A stretch of 64,000 bases of DNA. Origin: a bacterium. Lineage in GTDB: Bacteria; Patescibacteriota; Minisyncoccia; Phycocordibacterales; UBA2100. The stretch covers positions 8,052-72,051 of the forward strand of contig JAEUQT010000002.1 in the NCBI GenBank assembly GCA_016789445.1, in the 5' to 3' direction. Below the pieces are notes generated by a model. That model searched no databases. It was not told the origin of the DNA and was given only the letters and a program-made list of their open reading frames with translations. The position numbers and the translations under genes were made by a program. Each line of letters begins with the position of its first letter. Position 1 is the stretch's first letter. Positions 1-6,984 of the stretch are shown here, in pieces.

Positions 1-162
1 GGACGTGATGGCGGGTACCGTGGCTATACGCTCGAAGACGTGACCGTGCCGGGCCTCTGGCGCGTGAATGTCCGCACGAGCGATGATCGGCTTATCGGGA
101 AGGTTACGTTCCGCATCCAAGATGTCGGGGTGCGGGCGACGACAACCGAAGTTATCCGTTAA
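1..162 (+). CDS. 3-prime end of an unidentified protein-coding gene (partial at window edge)
   Basis: Open frame 1 runs from the window start to a TAA stop at 160-162. Too short to assign a function. Confidence 0.35.
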   Translation, partial: GRDGGYRGYTLEDVTVPGLWRVNVRTSDDRLIGKVTFRIQDVGVRATTTEVIR

Positions 163-205
163 TCTCGCGTAATCCAAGGGTTTTTGCTATAAAGACTCGT
201 GCAAT

Positions 206-280
206 GGTGGTCGTAGCTCAATTGGTAGAGCTCTGGTTTGTGGTACCAGCGGCTGTGGGTTCGAGTCCCATCGATCACCC
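206..280 (+). tRNA. tRNA-His (anticodon GUG), with G-1
   Basis: Manual cloverleaf: 7-bp acceptor stem GTGGTCG/CGATCAC (one G-T wobble) with an extra 5-prime G (G-1) typical of tRNA-His. D-arm is AGCTCAATTGGTAGAGC. Anticodon stem is CTGGT/ACCAG with loop TTGTGGT, giving anticodon GTG. T-arm is GTGGGTTCGAGTCCCAT. CCA is not encoded. Confidence 0.8.
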
Positions 281-396
281 CTGATAAGTCCTGATTGAAG
301 CGAAGTGCGGCGCACTTCGCGGTGGGGCTCGAAAGACGGAGGCGCGACGGCGCCGAGTCGGGGTCGCGGGTTTCGCGAGCGCGCGAAAACCCGTGA

Positions 397-416
397 CCGA
401 GCCCATCGATCACCCC
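397..416 (+). repeat. Direct repeat of the tRNA-His 3-prime end (CGAG(T)CCCATCGATCACCCC), 118 nt downstream of the tRNA
   Basis: 19 of 20 nt identical to positions 262-281, with a single 1-nt indel. The intervening ~118 nt is very GC-rich and made of hairpins, for example CGAAGTGCG-GCG-CACTTCG. No tRNA D-arm or anticodon arm is present, so this is a remnant rather than a second tRNA. Confidence 0.55.
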
Positions 417-505
417 AAGTGAATCCCGTAGTTATGCACCCAGGTCCGTATACGGGCGGGAGAGGGGGCTATACTGATGGAAAGGTCGATATATGAGCCA
501 TTCTT

Positions 506-718
506 TTGAATGCCATGAGCTCACTTAACTCTCTGACGTTCATCCTCTTGGTCGTCGGCGGTCTCAACTGGCTGCTGTTCGCCCTCACGGGTATGGATGT
601 CGGTTCCATCCTCGGCGGCATGGATTCGATGATTGCAAAGATCATCTACCTGCTCGTCGGTCTCTCAGCGCTCTACCAGCTCTTCACCCACAAGTGGTCG
701 GGCGGTTCGGCGATGTAA
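506..718 (+). CDS. DUF378-family small membrane protein
   Basis: 70-aa ORF with two hydrophobic helices and a GGLNW motif characteristic of DUF378 proteins. A hairpin lies downstream. Confidence 0.55.
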   Translation: MNAMSSLNSLTFILLVVGGLNWLLFALTGMDVGSILGGMDSMIAKIIYLLVGLSALYQLFTHKWSGGSAM

Positions 719-736
719 GTGTTTTTCGATAGGTTG

Positions 737-761
737 CAAAGCCTCCCTTGTGGAGGCTTTG
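737..761 (+). terminator. Terminator-like hairpin (AAAGCCTCC-cttgt-GGAGGCTTT) without a strong U-tract
   Basis: Perfect 9-bp inverted repeat immediately after the DUF378 gene stop. The weak T-run lowers confidence. Confidence 0.3.
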
Positions 762-859
762 TGCGTTCAGTAAGACGGTGCGTGCTCCGCCGTCTCCTCA
801 GATACTGACCAGAGCGTGATACCATTTACACATTAATTTTCACGCTCTTTCGTCTTTTT

Positions 860-1687
860 ATGGATGAACAATTCAATGGTTCGCGCGCGGTACGTTTCTC
901 GCCGCCGGACATCATCGTCAAGACTGCAGCTGCAGCGCTTGGTGTTTTAGCACTCTTCCTCCTCATACAGACCGTAAAGGCCATGAAGGAGTATCGCTAT
1001 GTCGGTAGCGGCGTCACGGCGACCAATACCATCACGGTCACCGGTAACGGCGAAGTATTTGCGGTGCCGGACCGTGCGACGTTCACGGTAAGCGTGCGCG
1101 AAGAGGCTGAAGATGTTGCGGGTGCACAGGACAAATCGACGGCGAAGATCAATGCGATCATCGCGTACCTTAAGGAAGCCGGCGTCGAAGAGAAAGATAT
1201 CAAGACGCAGAGCTACAACGTGAATCCGAAGTACGAGTATACGCAGGCGGCATGCACCAACTTCTCGTGTCCGCCATCGAATCAGAAACTTGCCGGCTTT
1301 GAGGTCTATCAGACGCTCGAAGTGAAGGTGCAGGATCCGAAGAAAGCTGGGGAGCTGCTCACCGGCGTGGGCGGCAAGGGCGCTTCCGAGGTGAGCTCGC
1401 TTTCATTCACCGTTGAAGATGAAGATGCGCTCCGCGCACAGGCCCGCGAGCAGGCAATCAGTGAAGCGAAGGAGAAGGCAGATGCCTTGGCAAAGCAGCT
1501 TGGCGTTTCCGTCGTGCGCGTCGTCGGCTTCTACGAAGATGCCGGTGGCTATCCTCCGATGCCGTATGCGTACGGCAAGGGTGGTGTCGCTATGGATGCG
1601 GCACTCGAATCCCGCGTCGCACCGACGCTCCCGACCGGTGAGAACAAGATCGTCTCGAACGTGAACGTTACCTACGAGATTCGGTAA
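860..1687 (+). CDS. SIMPL/DUF541-domain protein (26 kDa periplasmic immunogenic protein-like), N-terminally membrane anchored
   Basis: 275-aa ORF with an N-terminal TM helix. Architecture and motifs (KxxAxxxAxxKAxxLA, C-terminal GEN..VxxxVxV) match SIMPL-domain proteins. Confidence 0.65.
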   Translation: MDEQFNGSRAVRFSPPDIIVKTAAAALGVLALFLLIQTVKAMKEYRYVGSGVTATNTITVTGNGEVFAVPDRATFTVSVREEAEDVAGAQDKSTAKINAIIAYLKEAGVEEKDIKTQSYNVNPKYEYTQAACTNFSCPPSNQKLAGFEVYQTLEVKVQDPKKAGELLTGVGGKGASEVSSLSFTVEDEDALRAQAREQAISEAKEKADALAKQLGVSVVRVVGFYEDAGGYPPMPYAYGKGGVAMDAALESRVAPTLPTGENKIVSNVNVTYEIR

Positions 1688-1745
1688 TTCTTGCGTTCGT
1701 GCCCATCCCAGCGTAGTCTCGGGGACGGCAGACAAGGAGAGAGTC

Positions 1746-2024
1746 ATGGCCGAGCGACAGCTCTACAAATACGCGAAACGAGCGGAGACGACAGGTGACG
1801 TGAAGGATGCTATCCGTTTTATCCGGACGAAGCAGAAGGACGCCACGATACGGATCCATATCCGAGGAGCGTGGTCGGGATGCCCGAAGGAGATAACCCT
1901 ACGGCCGCACGGTAACATCAATCGCTTTCAAAAGAGATTGGTAGCTTTGCTTTCGGCACCGCCATTCCAAGAGGTGACGGTGGTCCCGGTTAAAATCGTC
2001 CCCGATGCCTCGAACAAAAGGTAG
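1746..2024 (+). CDS. Hypothetical small protein (92 aa)
   Basis: ORF preceded by GGAGAG 4 nt upstream of the ATG and followed by a strong hairpin terminator at 2032-2056. No recognisable family. Confidence 0.4.
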   Translation: MAERQLYKYAKRAETTGDVKDAIRFIRTKQKDATIRIHIRGAWSGCPKEITLRPHGNINRFQKRLVALLSAPPFQEVTVVPVKIVPDASNKR

Positions 2025-2031
2025 GCGAGAT

Positions 2032-2058
2032 GCGCCCCAGCCGACGGCTGGGGCGCTT
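2032..2058 (+). terminator. Rho-independent terminator (GCGCCCCAGCC-gac-GGCTGGGGCGC followed by TTGACTT)
   Basis: 11-bp perfect stem with a 3-nt loop and a downstream T-rich run, sitting just after the 1746-2024 ORF. Confidence 0.5.
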
Positions 2059-2085
2059 GACTTCTGGACAGAAAGGGAGTATCAT
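2057..2085 (+). promoter_or_regulatory. Sigma70-type promoter TTGACT-N17-TATCAT for the secE-nusG-rplK operon
   Basis: -35 TTGACT at 2057-2062, a 17-nt spacer, and -10 TATCAT at 2080-2085, about 55 nt upstream of secE. A small hairpin (GCCCCC-GCA-GGGGG) sits in the leader. Confidence 0.5.
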
Positions 2086-2139
2086 GATGTCGTTAGTTAA
2101 AGCCCCCGCAGGGGGTTTTAAATTAGGAAAACAATCACT

Positions 2140-2403
2140 ATGGGACTCGGACAATACATCAAAGATACCCGCAGCGAACTCAACCACGTCGCGTGGCCGA
2201 CGCGCGTGCAGACCATCGTGTATACGATCCTTGTGGTTGTTATTTCCATCCTCGTCTCCCTCTATCTCGGCGTGTTCGACTTCCTCTTCACGAACGGCCT
2301 CGGCAAGCTCGTTGAAACGGTACCAGCTGCTCCGCAGGTGACTCCGATCAATCTCGACGACGTCCAGTTCTCGACCACTACCAGCACGACCACGGTAGAA
2401 TAA
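2140..2403 (+). CDS. secE: Preprotein translocase subunit SecE, with an unusual Thr/Pro-rich C-terminal extension
   Basis: Conserved SecE core (R.EL..V.WP.R......T..V........L...D) plus a single TM helix. The position immediately upstream of nusG is the conserved gene order. Confidence 0.8.
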   Translation: MGLGQYIKDTRSELNHVAWPTRVQTIVYTILVVVISILVSLYLGVFDFLFTNGLGKLVETVPAAPQVTPINLDDVQFSTTTSTTTVE

Positions 2404-2407
2404 TCAT

Positions 2408-2950
2408 ATGAAGCAGACCTACGGCACAGATCGTCAGTGGTACGCGGTCCATACCTACTCCGGGTATGAGGATGCGGTCGCGCGCAATCTCAAGCAGCGC
2501 ATCGAATCATTCGGCATGCAGAACAGCATCTTCGATGTCGTCGTCCCCACCGAGAAGAAGATCAAGATCAAGAATGGCCGCAAGACCGAAGTGAAGGAGA
2601 AGACTTTCCCAGGCTATGTCCTCGTGGACATGATCGCCACCGATGAGGCATGGTCGGTCGTCCGCAACACCCCGCAGGTGACCGGTTTCGTCGGTACCGC
2701 CAACCAGGCAGTGCCACTTTCTCCGGATGAAGTCGAAAAGATCCTCAAGCGCACCGCAGGGGAGCAGGTCCGCCATGCGATCGACCTCGCCGAGGGCGAT
2801 GCAGTCGCTATCATCGACGGTCCCTTCAAGGATCTCGAGGGCAAGGTCGGCGAGATTGACGAAGAGCGAGGAAAGGTTAAAGTACTGGTTCCTATGTTCG
2901 GCCGCGAGACTCCGGTGGAGCTCGAAGCTGACCAGGTCCAACGCCTCTAA
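2408..2950 (+). CDS. nusG: Transcription termination/antitermination factor NusG
   Basis: N-terminal [11 protein letters not shown] (NGN domain) and C-terminal KOW motif (GD.V.I.DGPF....G.V.E.D). Conserved secE-nusG-rplK synteny. Confidence 0.9.
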   Translation: MKQTYGTDRQWYAVHTYSGYEDAVARNLKQRIESFGMQNSIFDVVVPTEKKIKIKNGRKTEVKEKTFPGYVLVDMIATDEAWSVVRNTPQVTGFVGTANQAVPLSPDEVEKILKRTAGEQVRHAIDLAEGDAVAIIDGPFKDLEGKVGEIDEERGKVKVLVPMFGRETPVELEADQVQRL

Positions 2951-2955
2951 TTCAT

Positions 2956-3378
2956 ATGGCAAAAGAAATCACTAAAATCATCAAATTGCAGATCCAGGCG
3001 GGTGCCGCTACACCGGCTCCTCCTGTCGGTACTGCACTCGGTCCAGCCGGCGTCAACATCGGCGAGTTCGTCAACCAGTTTAACGCGCAGACCCGTCCTA
3101 TGATGGGCAACGTCGTCCCGGTCGTCCTCACTGTCTACAAGGACCGTTCGTTCACGTTCATCGTGAAGAAGCCGCCGGCATCCCGTCTCGTTCTCAAAAA
3201 GCTCGGCATCGAAAAGGGTTCAACCAAAGCTCAGAACAAGGTCGCGAAGCTCACCAAGCAGCAGCTCACGGAGATCGCTGAGGAGAAGATGGAAGACCTC
3301 AATGCGTACGATGTAGAGCACGCAAAGAAGATCATCGCCGGTACCGCCCGCTCCATGGGTATCGACGCGGAACTCTAA
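2956..3378 (+). CDS. rplK: 50S ribosomal protein L11
   Basis: Highly conserved L11 N-terminus (K..I.KL.I.AG.A.P.PP.G.ALG..G.NI..F...FN). Confidence 0.9.
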   Translation: MAKEITKIIKLQIQAGAATPAPPVGTALGPAGVNIGEFVNQFNAQTRPMMGNVVPVVLTVYKDRSFTFIVKKPPASRLVLKKLGIEKGSTKAQNKVAKLTKQQLTEIAEEKMEDLNAYDVEHAKKIIAGTARSMGIDAEL

Positions 3379-3395
3379 GAGTTCTGACTCGGAAA

Positions 3396-3426
3396 GAAAA
3401 AGGCTCCGTAAGGAGCCTTTTTCTAT
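3396..3426 (+). terminator. Rho-independent terminator (AAAAAGGCTCC-gtaa-GGAGCCTTTTTCT)
   Basis: Perfect stem plus a T-tract directly after rplK. It terminates where rplA would normally follow. Confidence 0.6.
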
Positions 3427-3436
3427 TGGGGAAGCC

Positions 3437-5113
3437 GTGTACAATTCGCGCATGCCACAGGTACGCGACGCTCTTGCTACGGCCCTCGAGAAGGAGGGAG
3501 TTCAGGATCCTCAGTTCACTCTCGAACACACGGCGGATTTCGCGCACGGTGATTATGCGTCGAGCGTTGCGCTCGCATATGCGAAGCAGTTGAATACGAA
3601 TCCGCGTTCTCTCGCAGAAAAGCTCGTCGCTTCGATGGGGAATATCGAAGGTGTTTCGAAGATTGAGATCGCGGGTCCTGGGTTCATCAACTTCACCCTC
3701 GAGGCGAAATTTCTCTTTGAGATGCTGAAGATTGGTCTCGCGCACGGTGACGCATGGGGGCGCAGCATGCAGCTGCAGGGAAAGAAGGTGATGGTGGAAT
3801 ATACCGATCCGAATCCTTTTAAGGCATTCCATATCGGGCACCTCATGAGCAATACGATCGGCGAATCACTCGCGCGATTGCAGGAAGCTGCTGGTGCCGA
3901 AGTCATCCGTGCGAACTATCAGGGCGATCTCGGCGTGCATGTCGCCTGTGCCATCTGGGGAATCAAGAAGCTCGGCATCCATCCGACAAACGCCGATGAA
4001 TTCGGTCGCGCCTATGCGGAAGGCGCGACCGCCTACAAAGAGAATGCAGAAGCAAAAACGGAGATCGATGCGATCAATAAGAAACTCTACGATCAATCTG
4101 ATGCTGAATTGAATGAACTGTACGATACGGGACGCACAGAATCTCTTGAGGCATTTGAACGGATTTACGCAATTCTTGGTACGAAGTTTGATCACTATTT
4201 CTTTGAAAGCGAGACAGGGCCGATCGGAAAGAAGATCGTCGAGAGCAATCCGGCAGTGTTCCCAGAATCCGAGGGCGCACGTGTTTTCAAAGGCGAAGAG
4301 CATGGGCTCCATACGCGAGTATTTCTCAATTCCCAAGGGCTTCCGACGTACGAGGCGAAAGAGCTTGGTCTGGAGAAACTGAAGACCGAACTATATCCGG
4401 ATGCGGAGACGCTCTACATCGTGACGGCAAATGAAGTCGTTGATTTCTTCCGCGTGGTGAAAAAGGCGATGGAAATCGTCCATCCGGAAATCGCGGCGAA
4501 GCTTACGCACGTCTCGCACGGCATGATGAAGCTTCCTGAAGGGAAGATGTCTTCTCGCACCGGTAACGTCGTCACGGGAGAATCGCTCATCAAGGACCTC
4601 GCAGAAGTCGCGAAAGAGCGTGCAGCGGAGAGTCGTGCCGACGACAAAGAGAAGCTTGCGCAAGATATCGCCGTTGCGGCAATCAAATTCCAGATTCTCA
4701 AAGGCAGTACCGGCAAGGACATTATTTTCGAACGCGAACGCGCACTTTCCGTCGAAGGCGATTCAGGACCATATCTCCAGTACACGCACGCACGAACGCA
4801 TGCGATCGTCGAGAAGGCGAAGGATTCTGGCGTAGAAGCCGCGTTTGATCCTGCTGCATCTGTGCCAGAGCTTGCGCGCCTCATCTTCCGTTTCTATGAC
4901 GTCGTAAAGCGCTCTCGCGCTGAGCTCGAGCCGCACCATGTGACGAACTACCTCATCGCCGTCGCGGCCGCATTCAATAGCTGGTACGCACAGGAACAGA
5001 TCCTCGATGGCACTCCTGCCGCAGCGCACAAAGTCGCACTTACCGATATAACCCGCCTCACCCTCAAGAACGGCCTCTGGCTTCTCGGTATCCCGACGCC
5101 GGAGAAGGTCTAG
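3437..5113 (+). CDS. argS: Arginine--tRNA ligase
   Basis: Class I HIGH motif (FHIGHLMS) and a KMSKS-like motif (KMSSRTG), with ArgRS-type domain order. 558 aa. Confidence 0.85.
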   Translation: MYNSRMPQVRDALATALEKEGVQDPQFTLEHTADFAHGDYASSVALAYAKQLNTNPRSLAEKLVASMGNIEGVSKIEIAGPGFINFTLEAKFLFEMLKIGLAHGDAWGRSMQLQGKKVMVEYTDPNPFKAFHIGHLMSNTIGESLARLQEAAGAEVIRANYQGDLGVHVACAIWGIKKLGIHPTNADEFGRAYAEGATAYKENAEAKTEIDAINKKLYDQSDAELNELYDTGRTESLEAFERIYAILGTKFDHYFFESETGPIGKKIVESNPAVFPESEGARVFKGEEHGLHTRVFLNSQGLPTYEAKELGLEKLKTELYPDAETLYIVTANEVVDFFRVVKKAMEIVHPEIAAKLTHVSHGMMKLPEGKMSSRTGNVVTGESLIKDLAEVAKERAAESRADDKEKLAQDIAVAAIKFQILKGSTGKDIIFERERALSVEGDSGPYLQYTHARTHAIVEKAKDSGVEAAFDPAASVPELARLIFRFYDVVKRSRAELEPHHVTNYLIAVAAAFNSWYAQEQILDGTPAAAHKVALTDITRLTLKNGLWLLGIPTPEKV

Positions 5114-5116
5114 GCT

Positions 5117-5356
5117 ATGGCGGATCTTTCGGAAATCGCACAGAACTTTAAACATGGTACCTACCGCCATTTCAAGGGTGGAATATATAAGACGATCTGC
5201 ATCGGGCGAAGCAGCGAAGAGCGAGATCAAGAATTTGTCGTATATCAGTCACTTGATCGTGGACATATTTGGATAAGGCCGTTACCGATGTTTATTGAAG
5301 AGGTCGACCGCGACGGATATAAAGGGCCGCGTTTTTCATACGTTGCCGAATCATAG
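5117..5356 (+). CDS. DUF1653-domain protein
   Basis: 79-aa ORF with the GTYRHFKGG.Y......EE.....VVYQSL.....W.RP..MF motif typical of DUF1653. Confidence 0.5.
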   Translation: MADLSEIAQNFKHGTYRHFKGGIYKTICIGRSSEERDQEFVVYQSLDRGHIWIRPLPMFIEEVDRDGYKGPRFSYVAES

Positions 5357-5374
5357 TTTTGCTACACTGCCTGC

Positions 5375-6964
5375 ATGACGCAGGAAGATGCACTCTCCAT
5401 ACTCAAGCTTGGCGTGAATGTCTTCCTCACCGGTGAGCCGGGGGCGGGGAAGACGCATACGATCAACCAATACATCCACTGGCTGCGCGAGCGGGGAGTG
5501 GAGCCGGCAGTGACGGCTTCGACCGGTATTGCGGCGACGCATGTGGGAGGCATGACGATCCATAGCTGGAGCGGTATCGGCGTGAAGAAGAGATTGACCG
5601 ACTGGGATATCGAGAACATCCAAGCTCGGGAGAAGACCGCGAAGCGTATCTATGACGCAAAGATTCTCATCATCGACGAGATCTCCATGCTTGATGCGGA
5701 CACGCTTGAGAGCGTGGATGCGGTGCTGCGTGCGTTGCGGCAGCCGGTCATGCAGGAGAGTCGGCCGTTCGGCGGTCTCCAAGTCATCTTCGTGGGGGAC
5801 TTCTTCCAGCTGCCGCCGGTTTCCCGTGGGGAGAACGTACGCTTCGCCTTTGATTCAGATGCATGGAAAGCCGCGAATCCGGTCGTGTGCTACCTCTCCG
5901 AGCAGCACCGTCAGGAGGATGCAGCATTCCTGGATCTCTTGAATGCCGTGCGTCGCGGAGAGGTGGAAGACGTGCACTATGAATCACTTCGCTCCCGCAT
6001 GAAGCGAGTGAGCGAGAAAAAGAAAGTGACCCGACTGCATACGCATAATGCTGAGGCGGATCGCATCAATGACGAATCGCTCGCCGAGGTAGATGGAAAG
6101 ACCCATGTCTTCCATATGACGACGAAAGGTTCACGTACGCTCGTCGACGCACTGAAGCAGAATGCACTCTCGCCGGAGACGTTGGTACTTAAAGAAGGAG
6201 CGACGGTGATGTTCACGCGCAACAATTTCGATATGGGGTATGTGAACGGGACGCTCGGTGAAGTCGTGGGCTTCGCGAACAGTGGGTATCCGATCGTGAA
6301 GACTAAGAGGGGGGATCGTATCGAGGCGGTGCCGGGAGAGTGGAGTATCACCGACGGCTCGAAAATACTGGCGCAGATAAAACAGGTGCCGCTCCGTTTG
6401 GCGTGGGCGATCACGGTGCATAAATCGCAGGGGATGTCGCTGGATGCGGCGATCATCGATCTATCACAGGCGTTCGAGTTCGGGCAGGGATATGTCGCGC
6501 TCTCGCGCGTGCGTTCGCTCGACGGGCTTTTTCTTGAAGGATTTAACGAGCGAGCCTTGCAGCTGCACCCGCAGATCGTGCGCCAGGACGAACTCTTCCG
6601 TGCAAAATCCGACGCCGCACAGCGACGCATTTCGACCATACCTGATGAGGAGCGGGGAGTGTTGGAGAAGAACTTCCTACGTGCCATCGGCGCACGCGAG
6701 CCGGAACCCATAAAACCCAAGAAAGCTCTCGAAAAGGGAAAGCTCGAAAAAATACGTGAGAAGTTCCCGAATGCCGGTCGTCCGTGGACGAAAGATGATG
6801 ATGAGCGCCTGACGGAGCTCTTTGAAGCGGACACGCCCATGAAAACCATCGCCAAGGAATTCGGCCGCAAAGCGAGTGCTATTACGGCACGGCTCGTGAA
6901 GCTTGAGCTTATCGAAGACCCGTACTGGTCGAACAAAAACAAGACACCTCGCGCTGAAGAGTAG
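5375..6964 (+). CDS. PIF1/RecD-family ATP-dependent DNA helicase with a C-terminal HTH tail
   Basis: Walker A GEPGAGKT, helicase motifs (LIIDEISM, VGDFFQLPPV) and a RecD/PIF1-like C-terminal region (HKSQG). The last ~70 aa resemble a sigma-70 region-4-like HTH. Start is supported by an extended -10 (TGcTACACT) 6 nt upstream. Confidence 0.75.
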   Translation: MTQEDALSILKLGVNVFLTGEPGAGKTHTINQYIHWLRERGVEPAVTASTGIAATHVGGMTIHSWSGIGVKKRLTDWDIENIQAREKTAKRIYDAKILIIDEISMLDADTLESVDAVLRALRQPVMQESRPFGGLQVIFVGDFFQLPPVSRGENVRFAFDSDAWKAANPVVCYLSEQHRQEDAAFLDLLNAVRRGEVEDVHYESLRSRMKRVSEKKKVTRLHTHNAEADRINDESLAEVDGKTHVFHMTTKGSRTLVDALKQNALSPETLVLKEGATVMFTRNNFDMGYVNGTLGEVVGFANSGYPIVKTKRGDRIEAVPGEWSITDGSKILAQIKQVPLRLAWAITVHKSQGMSLDAAIIDLSQAFEFGQGYVALSRVRSLDGLFLEGFNERALQLHPQIVRQDELFRAKSDAAQRRISTIPDEERGVLEKNFLRAIGAREPEPIKPKKALEKGKLEKIREKFPNAGRPWTKDDDERLTELFEADTPMKTIAKEFGRKASAITARLVKLELIEDPYWSNKNKTPRAEE

Positions 6965-6984
6965 CCTTTGCTACGATAGCTTCC

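Noticed and set aside
305-496. 63-aa + strand ORF between the tRNA-His and its downstream repeat
   Set aside because: Lies entirely in GC-rich hairpin sequence. Arg/Gly-rich translation with no start context. Likely non-coding.
5977-6942. 321-aa minus-strand ORF antisense to the PIF1 helicase
   Set aside because: Ser/Arg-rich low-complexity translation. The opposite strand has clear helicase motifs. Shadow ORF.
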